Assembly: GCA_030704615.1 (NCBI GenBank)
Contig: CM060733.1
Span: 15,562,001 to 15,626,000, forward strand
From: Takakia lepidozioides
Lineage: Eukaryota; Plantae; Bryophyta
Reading direction: 5' to 3'
DNA: 64,000 bases
Both the position numbers and the translations under genes were made by a program. The notes below the pieces were generated by a model, which searched no databases, was not told the origin of the DNA, and saw only the letters and a program-made list of their open reading frames with translations. Positions 37,873 through 51,736 of the stretch are shown one piece after another. Every line of letters starts with the position of its first letter. Positions within the stretch are counted from its first letter, which is position 1.

Positions 37873-40800
37873 ATGGCGCAGCTACCAAGTCTGGACAATG
37901 CGCCCATCAATCTCTCATCTCTGAGGTAACTTCCTTAACCCATGGAGTTTTTTTCAGAACACGGAAGTTTAGTCATAGGTCCTTTGTCGGGTTGCAATTC
38001 ACATTTGTATTGAGCTGGTGGGCTTTCCTATCTGCGTTTTTGGGAAGAGGAAGGAGAGAGAAAGAAGTAAATTCACTGCTTCCACGAGAGGCCCGAATGA
38101 CCTTTGGGACTCAAACGACAAAGAAAAGCAACAGAGCACATCATACCCAACAAGCGTGCACGGAGAGAGTTCGCTTTCTGATGGCGGCTTTAAATATATG
38201 CCGTGTGGCAGGGAGGAAGCACAGAAAGAGCTTGTGGAGGTTCTAAACTCTGTGAGTCTCTCTCTCCCTCACGGTCTTTGTCTTCATCTTTGTCCCTTGC
38301 AAGCGGGCTTGTCAAAACACTGTTCAACTCTAGGGCTTCAATTAACGCAACTGGACTTTGAGTTTTCTATGGTAAGGCAGACACTCTGGTCAACATGGAA
38401 GCTAGAACTTCCTTGTAGCGGAATCATGTGGTTTGGGCTAATGTCTCAATGTGGTTTTGTGACATATAGGCTGGAGATAATATTGCAGAATTCTCCACAT
38501 TGCCCTTCTTGCATTTGAACCCAGCTCCACTATATTGGACAGGCTATAGGATTTAAGGTCGAGTAGAGATTTGATACTTCCCAGGATCCAATGACCTCAA
38601 ACCATTTTCTTGATTGTATTCATGTTTTTGCTGCATTTTCAAGCTCCCAGCAACTGAAGCTCATGAAAGAGTTGAAAATACGGAATGTCTACAGTTGTCT
38701 ATTATCTTATGCACAGCAACTTAACAAATAGTTTTGAGATTTAATCAGGGAGACGTTCATAGGAGATTTTGTATGTATAGATGCGGGGAAAGAAGGTGCT
38801 GGTTTTGGACCCCAAGCTCAGTGGCCCTCTTGCTCAAATTGCTCAAACATCACTTTTGAAGGTATTTTTCTCATGGCCTCATGTTGAGGATGCATAGACA
38901 AATGTGATTCACAGAAGAAGAATGTCCTCCCTGTAGTCTTGGGGCTGTAAACCCTACACACCCTAGCTGTACTGTGGTGACAGACATGAGATTGGGTATG
39001 TATCTCGACGACTGACTTTCTGTTGGTGGTTTTTTCTCTCTCTCTACTCCATCTGCAATTATGCCACAGGAACATGGAGTTGAAAATTTGTATCACTTGT
39101 CAGCTGATCCTGCACCATCAGAGTGCAAGAATGTAGTGTTCTTAGTGCGTCCTCGAATGGCTCTCATGAGGCAGATTGCAGCAAACATACAACAAGACAA
39201 TCGGCAGAAACTTCAAAAGCATTATTCTGTCTTCTTCATACCCCGCCGTACTATTGTGTGCGAAAAGGTACCTCTCCTCTCTGTCCTTCACAGTAGCCTC
39301 CCTCCACTCTGAGGTGCTGCCCACCCCTCCCTGCTGGTCCCAACTTGGCAAAGTGGCCAGAATTGTGAATAGTTTTCTCTTGCTCCCTTACCTCCGCTTC
39401 AACAATGTTGCTCAATGACTGTATTATCTCAAAGGACAATCTCTATCCTCCATGGCTTCGGCTGGTGTCTTCTCTCTCTACTTTAAATGGTTTTTGATAA
39501 GGTATGGTAGTTCATCGGGTAGATTAGAAATGTTTTTTCTTGGAGGATGAGCAGTAGAATTTAGGGTTAGGACTTCTGCCCCATCAAAAAGCCTGGTGCA
39601 GGGCAGGGTCTGTGGGTAGAAGGCCACAAGAAGCTCATTGAGTACAATTCTCCAGGCCAGCTGTTGGATTAATATTCAATGATGTGTAAAATGGACTGTA
39701 AATGGACTGTGCATGAGCTCTGTAGCAAGTTTGTGCTGAGTTTTGAAACCTCTGTGACTAGCCCAGGACGGTTAGTACTTTGGATGGATCAGTGTGTCAT
39801 GCTCACAGGGGTGAGTCCATCAGTACATCTCTTGTGCCTATATCTTGTCTAGAAGTTTGTTGGAAATTTCTTTGGTCCCATATGCGCTCTTCTGTTTCTT
39901 TCCCATTTTAAAGGAAGTTCCTTTACTATAGTTAGTCTTGCATAATGGCAGTGCCCTCTTCCTATCCCGTTCAGTTCAAACTGGACGCAGGGTGTAAGGC
40001 CTTGGCTTCTGTAGTCGAAGTTCTAACAAGTACACCTCTTTCTGTTGCGAAGGTTTTGGAGGAAGAGGGAGTGCATGGAGACGTGACAATTGGAGAGTAT
40101 CCTTTGTATTTCATCCCGTTTGATGAAGACATTCTGTCCTTAGAACTCGAGCTTGCTCTCAAGGTGCAAACCTTGAAAGGCCCTTTTCCTGTTTGTTTCC
40201 GTTTTTACAAAGCCACTTTTAGCTTTCAGGACCAGAATTGAGGCACACTGTCTCCAAGCAACAACTGGGTTGGTTGTCTCGGTTGCCTTTGTCCTCTGGC
40301 CCTCCCCTTAGTAGAGGTGGTTGTTTTGCTATCTGCTCTCAATTTTCTGCCATTGCAGGAGTGTAAAGTGGATGGAGACTTGAGTGCTTTGTGGTATGTT
40401 GCACGGGCGATTACCAAGCTTCAGGTTCCACCTTACTTGCTGTGCTCCCTTTTGGTTGTTGAGAGAGAGAATGTACTCCTAAGACGTTGTTTGTTGAGAG
40501 AGGAGAGAGAGAGAGAGAATGTACTCGTAAGACGCTCTTTGCCGTGGCCCTGTGGCCATAGACCCCGCGCCCAGTTTGGGCGGAACAATAGGGAACAGAT
40601 ATTACCTTTGTGAGGGGCTCACTTCGGTAGTGTGACTTACCATGATAAGGACAATTAGTTCGGGGTTTCCAGACATCCTCTAGAAATCCCTTCACAGATA
40701 GAGAGAGCGAAAGCTGGTCATGTCAGCTTTTTGTCTTTCCTACATGTGGTGGAGGAGGCATTATCATTGCCATCCTCAACCGTGTCGTGCTTTGCGGGCA

Positions 40801-43800
40801 GGGGCTGTGTTACTTTTGAATCTGTTCGATTTTTGTTGTTGTTGCCATGAAGAAAGTTGTTAGCTTGACCACACTCCCCTAGTTTGTCAGCATTTGGTGT
40901 ATATCTCGTCTCTTCCAGGGTCATCACTACTTGGCCTGCTGAGGTTTCGATCAAGTTTTTGGTTTTTAGTTTGTGCTGGGGCATTTCCCCTTCATCCCAA
41001 AATAAAATGAAACCGATAGAGAGAGAGAGAGCGAGTTTTCAAAGGGGAGTTGGGCTATGTATTTCTGATACCTTCAATGCAGTCTAAACTCCCCATTTGT
41101 ACTCCAAGAACTTTCTTTTATCGTCAAATTTGAATTGAAATTCTGTTTGAATCTGAAGTAATGCCATGGATGTTGGGGATGCATTATGTGGTATTAAATT
41201 TGTCTCATGGTATTGTGGCAGGAGATGTATGGGGTAATACCCCACATAAAGGGAAAGGGCAAGGCTGCAGCACAAGTCTCTGACATTCTCGCTCGAATGC
41301 AGCGCGAGCAACCACCTCCTGTACCTGCCTCTGTATGTTATCTGCCTCAGTCTTCCTTTTTGGGTGTATCAAAGCAAGAAGCCCAAATTCTGCTAAAATC
41401 TTCTGACTAAATTGATAATGTAAGATTTATTTTGTGTCTGTCATGCTTGCTCTAGCCTAATGCATAGGGGGTGCAAATACAGCACAACAATAGTGGCCAA
41501 CACGTCCAAACAATAATGGCCGACAAGATCTGCACAATCTTTGGTTGTGTTCTTTTGTTGGTCTCTGAAGTTACATTACTTATTCTGGTGTGTAGGCAAG
41601 GCCACCTGAGATTGACACACTACTCCTTCTCGACCGGCAGGTAACCCAGTATGCCCTGTTTTGCCGGCTGTGCTATTGCGGTGGCTCAGTCACCTGTCTG
41701 AAGTCCTTACTACGTTCTGTCCCTCAAGTCCATTGCAGGTCTAGGTTGGGTATATCTCCGTGTCTCCAGATACATTAAACAGTTTCTTTCACTTTTTCTA
41801 GTCTCCTGTACTCAAATGTCTACCTGATGAGCACCTTGCTTGCATACTACAATCTCTGTACCATGAGCTTCCCCGCTTCAACCCACCATGGGGTCACATC
41901 TAGAAAAACAGGCTACTTGAAGATGCTTCTATGTACAACAAACATGGGGCCCGAAAGACAACTCACTCAAATTCGACAAAGATAATCTCCTCGAATAGAT
42001 TGTGATGAGATTAAGATTGACATGAGGCAGATTGATTGCTGTGTCCCTCTTGACCGTGTGTCTGTGTTAAGCAGTTTTCCTTGCCAGCTCGAAAGCTCAT
42101 GGCAGGATTGGTGGATGGGGTAGGTTGACATGGTAACACCCATGTGTTCACAGCTCACGTATGAGGGCTTAATTGATGAGGTCCTCTCCCATTCTTACCC
42201 CTTTTTGGCCTACTTCTTTTCCTTCTTGATAGAGGTTTACCAATGCTCCATGGTCCTAAGTGAACCTGGGATTTTTGGCAACCCTTGTTTTGGACTGAGA
42301 CTGTCTGATTGAAAATAGCTTGTCTTAATGCAACTGTTGTCTGTGTGAAGCTTGTGGGCCTAAGTTAGAATTTTGCAACAGGGAATGTTTATTTTGGGAG
42401 TACTTTCTACATGCAGTTTTTGCAAATAAGCAATGGTGCAGTGGAGCTTGATCCCATCATCATGGGAGGCCAGCAGGGCAGCACCAAGAAAGTTAAGGTG
42501 CTACTGAACTCCAGGTACTCTTCTAACTCTTATGGGACACTAGTTTGAGGTTATATTGCTAGGCCTGATACCTTCTCAGGAAGTTAACTCAAAAATACTA
42601 ATTTGAAAGACGACGTGTGTTCTTTGGCATTCTTGTGTGTGCAGTGACAAATTGTATAGGGAGCTTCGGGATCTCAACTTTGGGGTCGTTGGCCAGGTGT
42701 GCGCCTCCTCCTTGTGGTCTCACTGCTCATCTTTCTGCCTCTGGATTTCTGACACATCGTAAATATAGAGAACCACAAAATTTAAGGTCGGGCTGACTGG
42801 GAGATCAAATTGATTGTGCTATGAGTCTGCTGTGTTTGTGCAAGGTCGTAGGTTTTGCGCCAAAAGGCCACTGCCATGAAACAGGACTACACCGATGTCA
42901 CTAATACTGTACTCCCTTTACCTTAACTGATGGGTCGTCATCGTCCTCTATGGACATTAGAATCTCTCTCTCTCTCTCTCTCTCTCCGCTCGTTGGTCCA
43001 TGGGCCATCAGGGCCTTCTGTTATGAAGTACCATTCATTTCATTTCATTTCATTTTCTTTTGCTCTCTCATCATTTCCTCCTTGGTTTTCTACGGATTGG
43101 TTTATTTGATGTACATTCTTGTCAGATAAGGTCTTTGGGCAAGGTAGGCAATTTAGTGCCTTCACTCACTTTACTCTTATTGGTATGAACCAGCAAAATC
43201 AGTCAGTTTCCGACCTGAAAGACTTTGTGAAGAAAATGACTGCACTTCCTGAGATGACGGTGAGTAGATATCCAACATTTAATGTGGGGTGGTTGCAACC
43301 ACATGGTCAGTAATTTATTGTGACTAAGGTTTAGCTAACAAGGCTTTAGATGGATACTGTAGAGTAATTGGCAAGATAAACACATGGACCTAATAGTCTG
43401 CATGGGGTGGATAGGGGGAGAGAGAGGAAGAACAGAGAAACTGCTTATGTCAGCTAGACCCAGAGAGCCTATGGGACATGGAATGCGTACCAGAGAAAAC
43501 CAAAAGAACATGCCTTGAACCCTAAATTTGGTTTGGAGATGGACGGCCTCAGATTCTCACCGAATAAGTGCACATACTGATGTTTTATGTAAGAAAATCC
43601 AGCGTCAGAAGATTCTGGCATGGCCTATTGGAGTTAGTCGGTTGCAGGAATCATTCCTAGAAAGTACCCATTTTTATTGCTCTTTCAGCACAAGTGGAAG
43701 TTGAAAGAGAAGTCAAGGGTGTATTTTTTGGGTGGACAGAGACATACAAATATAGCCCAGCATCTGTCGACATTTACAACGAAACCATCTTTTCTGAGCC

Positions 43801-46800
43801 GCCTGAATATTGAGCAAACTTTACTGGAAGGCCAAAGTTATGATGTGTATGTTTCCTCCAACCCCACTTCTCCTGGTGCTGCTGTTCATCCTTTAAAGCT
43901 CTTCTTTACCTTGGATGTGTTATTCCATTTCATTATACATTGTTTACTAGCTCACATAGATATACAGTGCTTTCTCTGTGGCCTCAGGCCCCCTGGCCTT
44001 TGAATCTATATGGCAGAGCTGAACAGACCCTTTGAAAAAATGAACGTACGTACATACATGGTTAGTAAGACTGGTGTCTCTTTCCCCCCACAAAAGGGAA
44101 AAGAACATGAACTGACAGTCGCCACATCGCCTTTCCAAACTTTGAGAAGCTTGTGACTACACGAAAACTTCTGTGATTGCTTCAGTCTTAATTAAGGAGT
44201 TACTATCTGCATAAAATTGATGCCAGAGTTGAGGGATTTCTAAGAATATCTCGATGCAGAGTTAGTCCACTACTGAAGCAAGCATTCTGCTATGGCCTGC
44301 ATTTTGTTCTCCTCCCTCCCCTTTTGCCACCTCTCTCCCTTTCCAGCCTTGTCCAGATGCAAAGGGTCTGTGGTCGAAGACTCCGGTAAGGGAAGTCTAA
44401 TTAGTATATGATCAGGTCTCTGCCGTTTTCTGTCAACAGCGTAACTGGCTGTGCAGCTCTTACGTGTCGACGGATATAAATATGCTCAAAATGCAGAACG
44501 AAATTTTCAATCCTGACTTGGCCTTCTTGTTCGCCTTCTTGTTCTGAGCAGCTCATACGAGTCCGTGGAGGAGTTGATACAGAGACAAGAGCCGCTGGTC
44601 AGTGTGTTGCGTCTTCTCATCCTACTCTCACTGACTAGTGGTGGCCTTCCCAAGAAACACTTCGATTATTTCAGGTGCAGAACTCATAACTACTAGTTCT
44701 CACCGGAAGTTTCATCTCTAACAACTCACACATGTCCTCCTCCCTCTCTTATCTTCATGAGTGGAACGTATCTTGTTATCTATCTACTCATGCAGGTTGG
44801 GGGTGGGGTGCCAGGTACAGAGTTTCGGTTGTGGTTTAGTGTTTGTGTTTGTGTGGTCCTTGACAGGGACAAGATATGGGTCGGTTGCAGGAGGGAGGTG
44901 CTTCATAGCTATGGATTTGAACACATGTTCACTCTCAACAACCTGGAGAAAGCTGATCTACTTAAAAAGCAGGTGTGTTCTTCATTGAGATACTGTCAGA
45001 ACAGATTTGTGTAGACCCCAGAAAGGTGTCATATCAGCGAGGAGTGGCAGTTGCGCTCTTTGTGGACCTGTGTGTCTTCTTTCCTGTTTATTTGACTGTT
45101 CTATGCACACTCAACGTTTGAGCTACTAATTGCATATGGGTGAAGCTAGGGAGAGCAGCTGGATGAACCTTGGGCTCCCAAGGACTTCCATACTTATAAA
45201 TATTGGCAAATCACTATGCCAGGATGTTGTAAGTCAGTACTGGCCCGTTCCGTTTGGCCTGGGTAGATAGATAGAATTTTAAGATTGTCCGCCACCTAGT
45301 TGTGAAGTCAGAGGGAAGTGATCAAAGGTTTTAGAGATTGGACTGGTTGGCATCAATTTTACTCAGATGACGGCAAGGCCTTTGTGGGCGAGCCAAAAAT
45401 CTTTAACGTATTAAATCATCCATCCTCATGCGATTTCTGTATGTTGAAATTGGGAAAATTTGTGTTGCAGGAGGCAAAGAGTAATTGGGCAACGATCAAG
45501 AAGGGGTTTAAATTGGTAGTGGAAGATATCGATGATATCAAGTAAGTCTGCACTCGTCATTCCAACCTGACAAATATGTATGGAGTTTTGGTCTACCATG
45601 TAAGTATAGTGGTGGCAACAGTGACTGTCCAGGTGACTCAGATGTATTATAGGCTTTCTTTTTTAGTATATGCTCTAAAATGTTGTGCTTAGCATTATGG
45701 AAGTCCCAGTCCATCAGTGTTTTTTTACTCTGGCAAATTTTCCCTGGAAAATGACTCAGCTACTTGTACAAAGGAATTGGGGTAGAATCCGAAAAATTCA
45801 CCAAAAAACGCCAGCTGAATATCAGGAGCCTGATTTTTCCATCGTGGGCCCATTAAAACGTGCCACCTGTTATGTAGCCACTTTTCTAACCCTGTCACCT
45901 CGTTATTCTCGCCACTTGCACTGGGTAGAATTCACATGTGGCCCCTCTGGTGACTTTTGAAAAATGGAAAAAAAAAACAACTGCAGTCCATAGACCAGCT
46001 ACTATTTTGTGATGATTGCGACGTATATGGCCTTATTTGGGCTTTTGAAGGGCGTGACATGAGCAGTCCAAACGACATAGCCTACGTCTACTCTGGATAT
46101 GCGCCATTGAGCATTCGACTTGTGCAGCATGCCCTCAAAGGTGGCTGGTATGCTCACTTTCATTGGATGCTGGAGATTTCATGTTCTTTATGAGTCATCT
46201 TTGGGTGTCTCTGTTGACCTTCTCAGCATATCCAGGTTCAACAAATGAACATTTCCCATCATATGCTCGTAATCAATTGCCTTAATGTCTGTTTTGTTGC
46301 AGGAGATCCATCGAGGAACTAGTTCGATTGCTTCCTGGACCATCATTTGAGAAGAGACAAGTGGGTGCCTTTCTTTGCTTCAGACTCTTATATGGCAGGT
46401 CACGGAGGGACTGAAAATTAAGAGGCTTAAGCTACTATAGAGTCTGTGACTGTTGATTGTTATACTGATTGAACCCATTTGCTGAGAATACCACTTGTTG
46501 TATTTTGCTGGCTCATACAGGGTGAAAATGCTGGCGGTCCCTCACCAGAGCCTACACTTGAGAGCTCTCCAGCACCTGACAGGTACTCCTTTTAGCTGTC
46601 ACATGCTGTATTTCCTAATGGATTCAGTTGGCTTCTATAATTTCATCCTTTCTTTTTGGTTCTTTTTTCGTTTTTGGCTCGGAAAGGGGGAGAATCAGCC
46701 ATTCTCTTTCTTTCCTCGGTCCTTTCCCTCGGACGGAATTAATCTCTTTCCTCTTTCATTTTCCTCTCGTGTTCCTGTCTCTCCCTGCCAGGTCTACTAC

Positions 46801-47790
46801 AGCAAACTAGCATGGGCCCTGTGACAAGGATGAGACTCACAAAATGAGATTTGATTCTCTTTCTCCCTTCCTATCAGGTAGGTCATAGCTCACGTTTTCT
46901 GTCTCCCTTGCTGTTTTACTTTTTCCATGGACTCTTCAGGGCTCCCGGTAAGCTGTCTGACCTTCCCGTGGGCATTATCAAGTTTCTTTCTCTATCTCTC
47001 TCTCTCTCCCCACAAAGGGAGGGAGAGTCCTTTATCAAGGTAAGTCTTACTACCGACGTCAGCCCCTGACTGAGGTAGGTTCTGTCCCTTTATGTTCCGC
47101 TCAAACTGGGCGCGGGGTCAAAGGCCACAAGGCTATGGCAAACAACGTCTTATGAGTACATTCTCCCCACAAAGGGGAGGATCTTTATGGTCAAAGTACT
47201 AATAGGGAATTGGGTATATAGGACCCCATAAGGCATGCGAATTAAACCTGCAAAGGGCATCCAAACTGAGTCACAGCAGAAAGCTCTCTCAAAGTAGTTG
47301 GTGTGGGGTAACTGAACAGTGGGACAGCTGGGGATGCACGGCGGCTGGTGGTGTTGGTCATATTCATCGGAGGGGTGACATTTGCAGAGATATCTGCTCT
47401 TCGTTTCCTTAGTGCTCAGGTTTGTCCAACTCTCTGTACTAGTCTTCAGCTAATCTCAGTCAAGGCTTGTCAAGTCTACTTCGCTATGACAGCTCCCTAC
47501 ACTGCTCAGAGCATAGAGAGAGGTCACATAGACAGCAGTCTCTGATTATGGTCCCTGTGCGTCTCCCCAGCTTCTATGCAGGCTCCAAAAAATCTTCTTG
47601 CAGCTTATGAGTACCCTCCTCATTTTCACCCATGCTGAATGATTCATGATGGCATTAATATATTTGCTGATTTGTTGCTGGGTTGAGCTTTCAGGAGGGG
47701 ATGAAGTACGATTTCGTTGTGGGAACCACAAAGCTCATCAACGGTTCTGGCTTGTTGAAGACTCTCATCGATGATCCTTCTGCTTCATAG
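37873..47790 (+). CDS. VPS33: Vacuolar protein sorting 33 (Sec1/Munc18 family), about 20 exons
   Basis: Exons encode MAQLPSLDNAPINLSSLR, RGKKVLVLDPKLSGPL, YSVFFIPRRTIVCEK, YPLYFIPFDEDILSLEL, IDTLLLLDR, VDMVTPMCSQLTYEGLIDE, LYRELRDLNF, RHTNIAQHL, EVLHSYGFEH, PNDIAYVYSGYAPLSIRLVQ, VIFIGGVTFAEISALRFL, GTTKLINGSGLL...SAS*. Confidence 0.95.
40461..40695 (-). mobile_element. LINE 3' fragment in VPS33 intron, with duplicated 3' terminus
   Basis: Reverse complement of the family 3' end. gtctta.gagtacattctctctc occurs twice, flanked by (GA)n. Confidence 0.85.
45715..45983. mobile_element. hAT-type MITE in VPS33 intron
   Basis: cagtgttttttt...aaaaaaacaactg with perfect 8-bp TSD cagtccat (45707-45714 / 45984-45991). 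Confidence 0.88.
47030..47161 (+). mobile_element. LINE 3' fragment in VPS33 intron
   Basis: Family 3' end. TSD tctccccacaaaggg (47005-47019 / 47162-47176) next to a (TC)n tract. Confidence 0.85.
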
Positions 47791-48384
47791 CAAAGCACAG
47801 CCTTCTACATCATCCCACTCCTCCATAGCATAAACTTATCTTTTGGACCCTGGCAAGAAGCAAGGTTTCAAATACTCAATTAACACCTAGTTGAAGATTT
47901 TCGTTGTCAGTCAATAGATGCAAGCGTGTATCGTGTTACATATAATTCTCGTAGAATTAACTAGAATAACCCGAGATGGCCGGGAAAGGGCAGATGGGCG
48001 ACCGTTACGGCCGAAGCCCATACCCTTCAATGATGATAAATTATGAATGCTGGAAATTGTATGCACGCAGATCGAAAATGACCCTTGTATGTAACCGTCA
48101 GCCCACCCCCATGCCCCTGCTTGCAAGAAGCCAAAACAGTTGGAGAGAGAGGCGGATCAGGGCGGTTGAATTACTTGTCGAATCTGAGCTTGATGGAGCT
48201 TGATGGAGCTTTTTCCTGGCGGTGCTTACAATTAATATCTCGATCGAATTCAGTCATGGAATTTGAAGTGCGCTCCTCCCAACATCTTTATAACTACCTG
48301 CACAAAGTTCCGTTTTTGATTCCAAATGCTATTAAAAAAAAATACTAATCACACAATACGGCCCTCCAGCTCCCAAGAAAGGCT

Positions 48385-48624
48385 ATAGTTTGTCATTTAC
48401 CCTTTTGTTATTTACCCTCCAAAAAACAATTACCTGCGGGTAAAGGGTATATGGATTGTATTTACCCTTCAAACGGGTAAGGGTAAGGGTATCTCAGATT
48501 ATTTACCCATCTGAAGGGTAAGGATAAGGGTAAAGAAAATGGGCCAACCCGAGTAAATTATTTACCCTTACCTTGATTTACCCGCTGCATAAATTCGGGT
48601 AAATGATTTACCCACACAACACTG
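48385..48624. mobile_element. Probable decayed hAT-type MITE rich in TTACCC/GGGTAA motifs
   Basis: More than 10 (t)ttaccc/gggtaa motifs in both orientations. Right end cacaacactg; left end degenerate. Confidence 0.4.
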
Positions 48625-48873
48625 GTTACAACGGTTGAGGTACGAGCACTTGAGTTATGCCTACAACAGTCTCCCTTCAAGAATCAAACCCGAAATCTCA
48701 ATCTACCCTCCACAACATGACACCTTCTTGGATTCTAAATTATTTAACAGCATCTCCACCCTAGACTGAACCCAACCAGCCAATGGAATCATGGCGATAT
48801 ACAAATTGGGACCGGGCGAAAAACGTCCACACCCCTCCCTGAACCCTATATCCCATAAAGGGCTTGCACAATA

Positions 48874-49983
48874 TGTCATTCAGAGCCCTGAATCCGAGCG
48901 CAATGTAGAGTGCCCTAAACCTGCCACTAAGTCAACGTGACCATGAGAGCGGGTCCACACGAGTATAAAAATGCCAAAGGGAACGAACGAGACTGGGCTT
49001 GAGTGCTTGGGGTTAGATCTAAAAGCTTGAATGCTTGGAGTTGAGTGCTTGGAGTTAGATCTGAAAGTTTGAGGGTGTTTTATAGTTGGCAAAACATCAA
49101 ATTAGCATCATGGCACCTTCTGCTGATCATACCCGAGTGGAGAAGTTAGATGGTCACAATTTTCATACATAGAAGATTAAGATGAAGTTCATTCTTCATG
49201 AAAAAGATCTGTGGGAGATCACATCAGGAGAAGCGGTTGCACCAGTTCAACTGCAGCCTGAAGATGGAAAGATCATAGCCGCAGGGTTGACTCCTGAGCA
49301 ACAATTTTTTACGAAGAAAGATAAGTTGGCTTGAGGAACCATGTTGTTGAATGTAGCATATTCAATACTTCATCATGTTGCACATGCTAAAACTGTTAGA
49401 TAAGCATGGTTCAATCTATGTGTCAGTTTTGGAAGAAAGCATGTCATCAATCGGCTCTATCTTAACCAAGAGTTGTAAGATAGAAAAAGGAAGTTCAATT
49501 CAAGAAGAAGAAAACCAGAGTCTGTTTCGTTTGTGGCATAAAAAGTCATTATGCACGTGAATGCTTCAAGAAAAGCTAAACGATGAGAAGAAGGAAAAGT
49601 TACAGAGTGAAGTTTTATGGGCAATTATGGCTGACAGAACTAAACTTTTTGTTGTAGCTTTGTCAATCTCTCCTAGTTGTAGAGATGTGTGGTGAATCAT
49701 TGATTCAGGAACATCTCAACATATGACGTTCCAAAGGAAAGCATTCTCAACCTTCAAAGAACTCTTTGTGGGACACAATGTGTATCTTGGAGACAATAGT
49801 CCTACTAGTCTTGATATACATGAAAAGGTACTGTCATGTTTCAATTATCACTTGGAGTGTCATAAGAGATCGGAGATGTTCTCTATGTTCATAGATTGAT
49901 AAAGAACCTATTGTCAGTTAGTCAGCTAACTGAACAAGGTCTTATGGTTGAGGATTCTACCAGTCATTGTTGGTTGAACTAAG
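48874..49983 (+). mobile_element. Ty1/Copia retrotransposon, 5' part (degenerate PBS, gag, protease), pseudogenised
   Basis: PBS-like gtcattcagagcc near 48875. ATG 49110 MAPSADHTRVEKLDGHNFHT*KIKMKFILHEKDLWEI; protease IIDSGTSQHMT; VLYV..LIKNLLSVSQL. Multiple stops. Confidence 0.88.
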
Positions 49984-50310
49984 TGTCAAGTTATTTTACC
50001 ACTAGTGTGAAACTAGCTAGGAAATAGCTAGCTTTTACATATTGACATTTGGGATTGGCCCAAGTGTCAATCCAGGGGTCAAGGCAGATTTAGGCCCTGG
50101 AGTGGTTATCTTCACGGCAAGCGCGGAAGGCTCATCTTTCTCGAGTTGAGCCTCACCGCGCCTAGCTATGGCGCCGTAGTGTGGATTCCCCATGGCGTGG
50201 GGTGCACTTGGCTTGACTTGTATTTGAGTGATGAGGTTATATATGCATGAGTTTATGCTTCAGCTTTGTGAGCTCGCATGAGCTTGTGCTTGTATTCTTC
50301 TTCTTTATCA
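49984..50310 (+). repeat. Terminal repeat A1 (327 bp)
   Basis: tgtcaagttattttacc...ctttatca matches 61217-61541 with 1 substitution and one 2-bp indel. Contains TATA-like ttatatat near 50237. Confidence 0.95.
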
Positions 50311-51736
50311 CTCGAGAAAATGAGAGCTCGTATCTGTGAGTGCCAGATACGAGTTAGTTGTAGCACTTGTGGTTTTTGCTTGAGAATGAGAGAAACCAAG
50401 TTGTTTGCCCCAAGCCAAATCAGCCCTTTCGTTTGGTCTTGCAATCCTTCACACAATGAAAGCTCGCATTCCCAAGTCCAGTTCTCAGCTTTGCCACCAA
50501 AGCCACTATAACCTGCTCTTGACTGGTCCTCTTCCCAATCGTGCTTGCTCATGCATGTACACAATCTGAAACCATCAAGGTGCTCTGGAATTACCTGCAG
50601 CATGGTGCTTTCAAAGCTCTGAAGCTGGATCGAAATGCCAAGGTCTACCACCTCGTAACCCACATCGCCTCCGCTTCTAACAACCAAGAGCTCCACGGTG
50701 CTCCACTTTGTGGAGTATGGTGAGATTGGGTTTCAATCTCGAGCTTCAGCATTGAGAGGGCTCTTGTCATGGCAAGAGCAGGGCTGGAACATGAGCTAAG
50801 AGGTGCGGCAAGGCCATGGAATGTGCACCTAGGGTTTCAGAGCTTGGAAGAAGAGCTCTTGCACCACAAGAGAAGTGTCTTGTGGCTGGAAATGTAAGCC
50901 TTAGGGTTTCAGGAGCTTGGCAAAGGCTGTGGAGTGCTTAGTCTTGTCTTAGAGAGCATCAAGGAGCCAAGGAGCCAAGATAGGGGGCTGATATCTCTTA
51001 TGTGAAGAGGTTGCATGTGTGGAGCATGTATTCAGCTCATTGAAGCTTCCATCTTCAAGCTTGGAGGGCAAGCAAGGAAGTGGGAAGGGCTGACTTCCCT
51101 TATGTGAGGGCAATGCATGTGTAGAGCATGCTATCAGCCTGATGAAGGCTTGCACTTTCAGGTTTGTGGGTGCAAGAAATGAAGCAAATGATTCTCTTAT
51201 GGTGAGAGTGGGGCATGTGTGGAGCATGCCTTCAGCCCATTGAGGCTCTTGTTTTCAAGCTTAGAGAGCTAGAACGGAAGGTCTAGGGCTGGTTTCCACT
51301 TGGAGTGAAAGAAAAGCACTTGTAGGGCCTATGTGAGTTGGGGTTTCAAATTCAAGCTTGAAGGGAGCGCAACTCTTGAAGCAGCAGGTGTAGGGGGCTG
51401 GAATAGGCTCTAAGACAGATGCTATGGCCAAAGAGAGTGCTTGAATGAGTGCTCACAAGGGCTGGGAACCAGCAGGGCTTGGTTGTTTGCCATTGAGTTT
51501 AGTGGCGTGTTTGGGGAGGCTAAGTGAGAAAGAAGGCTTGGTTTGTGGCAACCACCTCATGGCTTAGGGCTACTATGGTGGTGTGTGGGAGCCGAAAGAG
51601 CAAGAATACCTTGCTGATTTCCTCACAGCCGCCATAGCTCGGTGGAAAGAAGCCTAGAGTCCAAGAGACACAAACCCTAGCTTGGCGTGGCTAAACCCCT
51701 TGGAGAAATGGCTAAACTGCCAGCGGCCATGGATGG

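Noticed and set aside
48385-48624. Interstitial telomeric repeat
   Set aside because: Motifs are TTACCC/GGGTAA, dispersed in both orientations, not tandem TTTAGGG.
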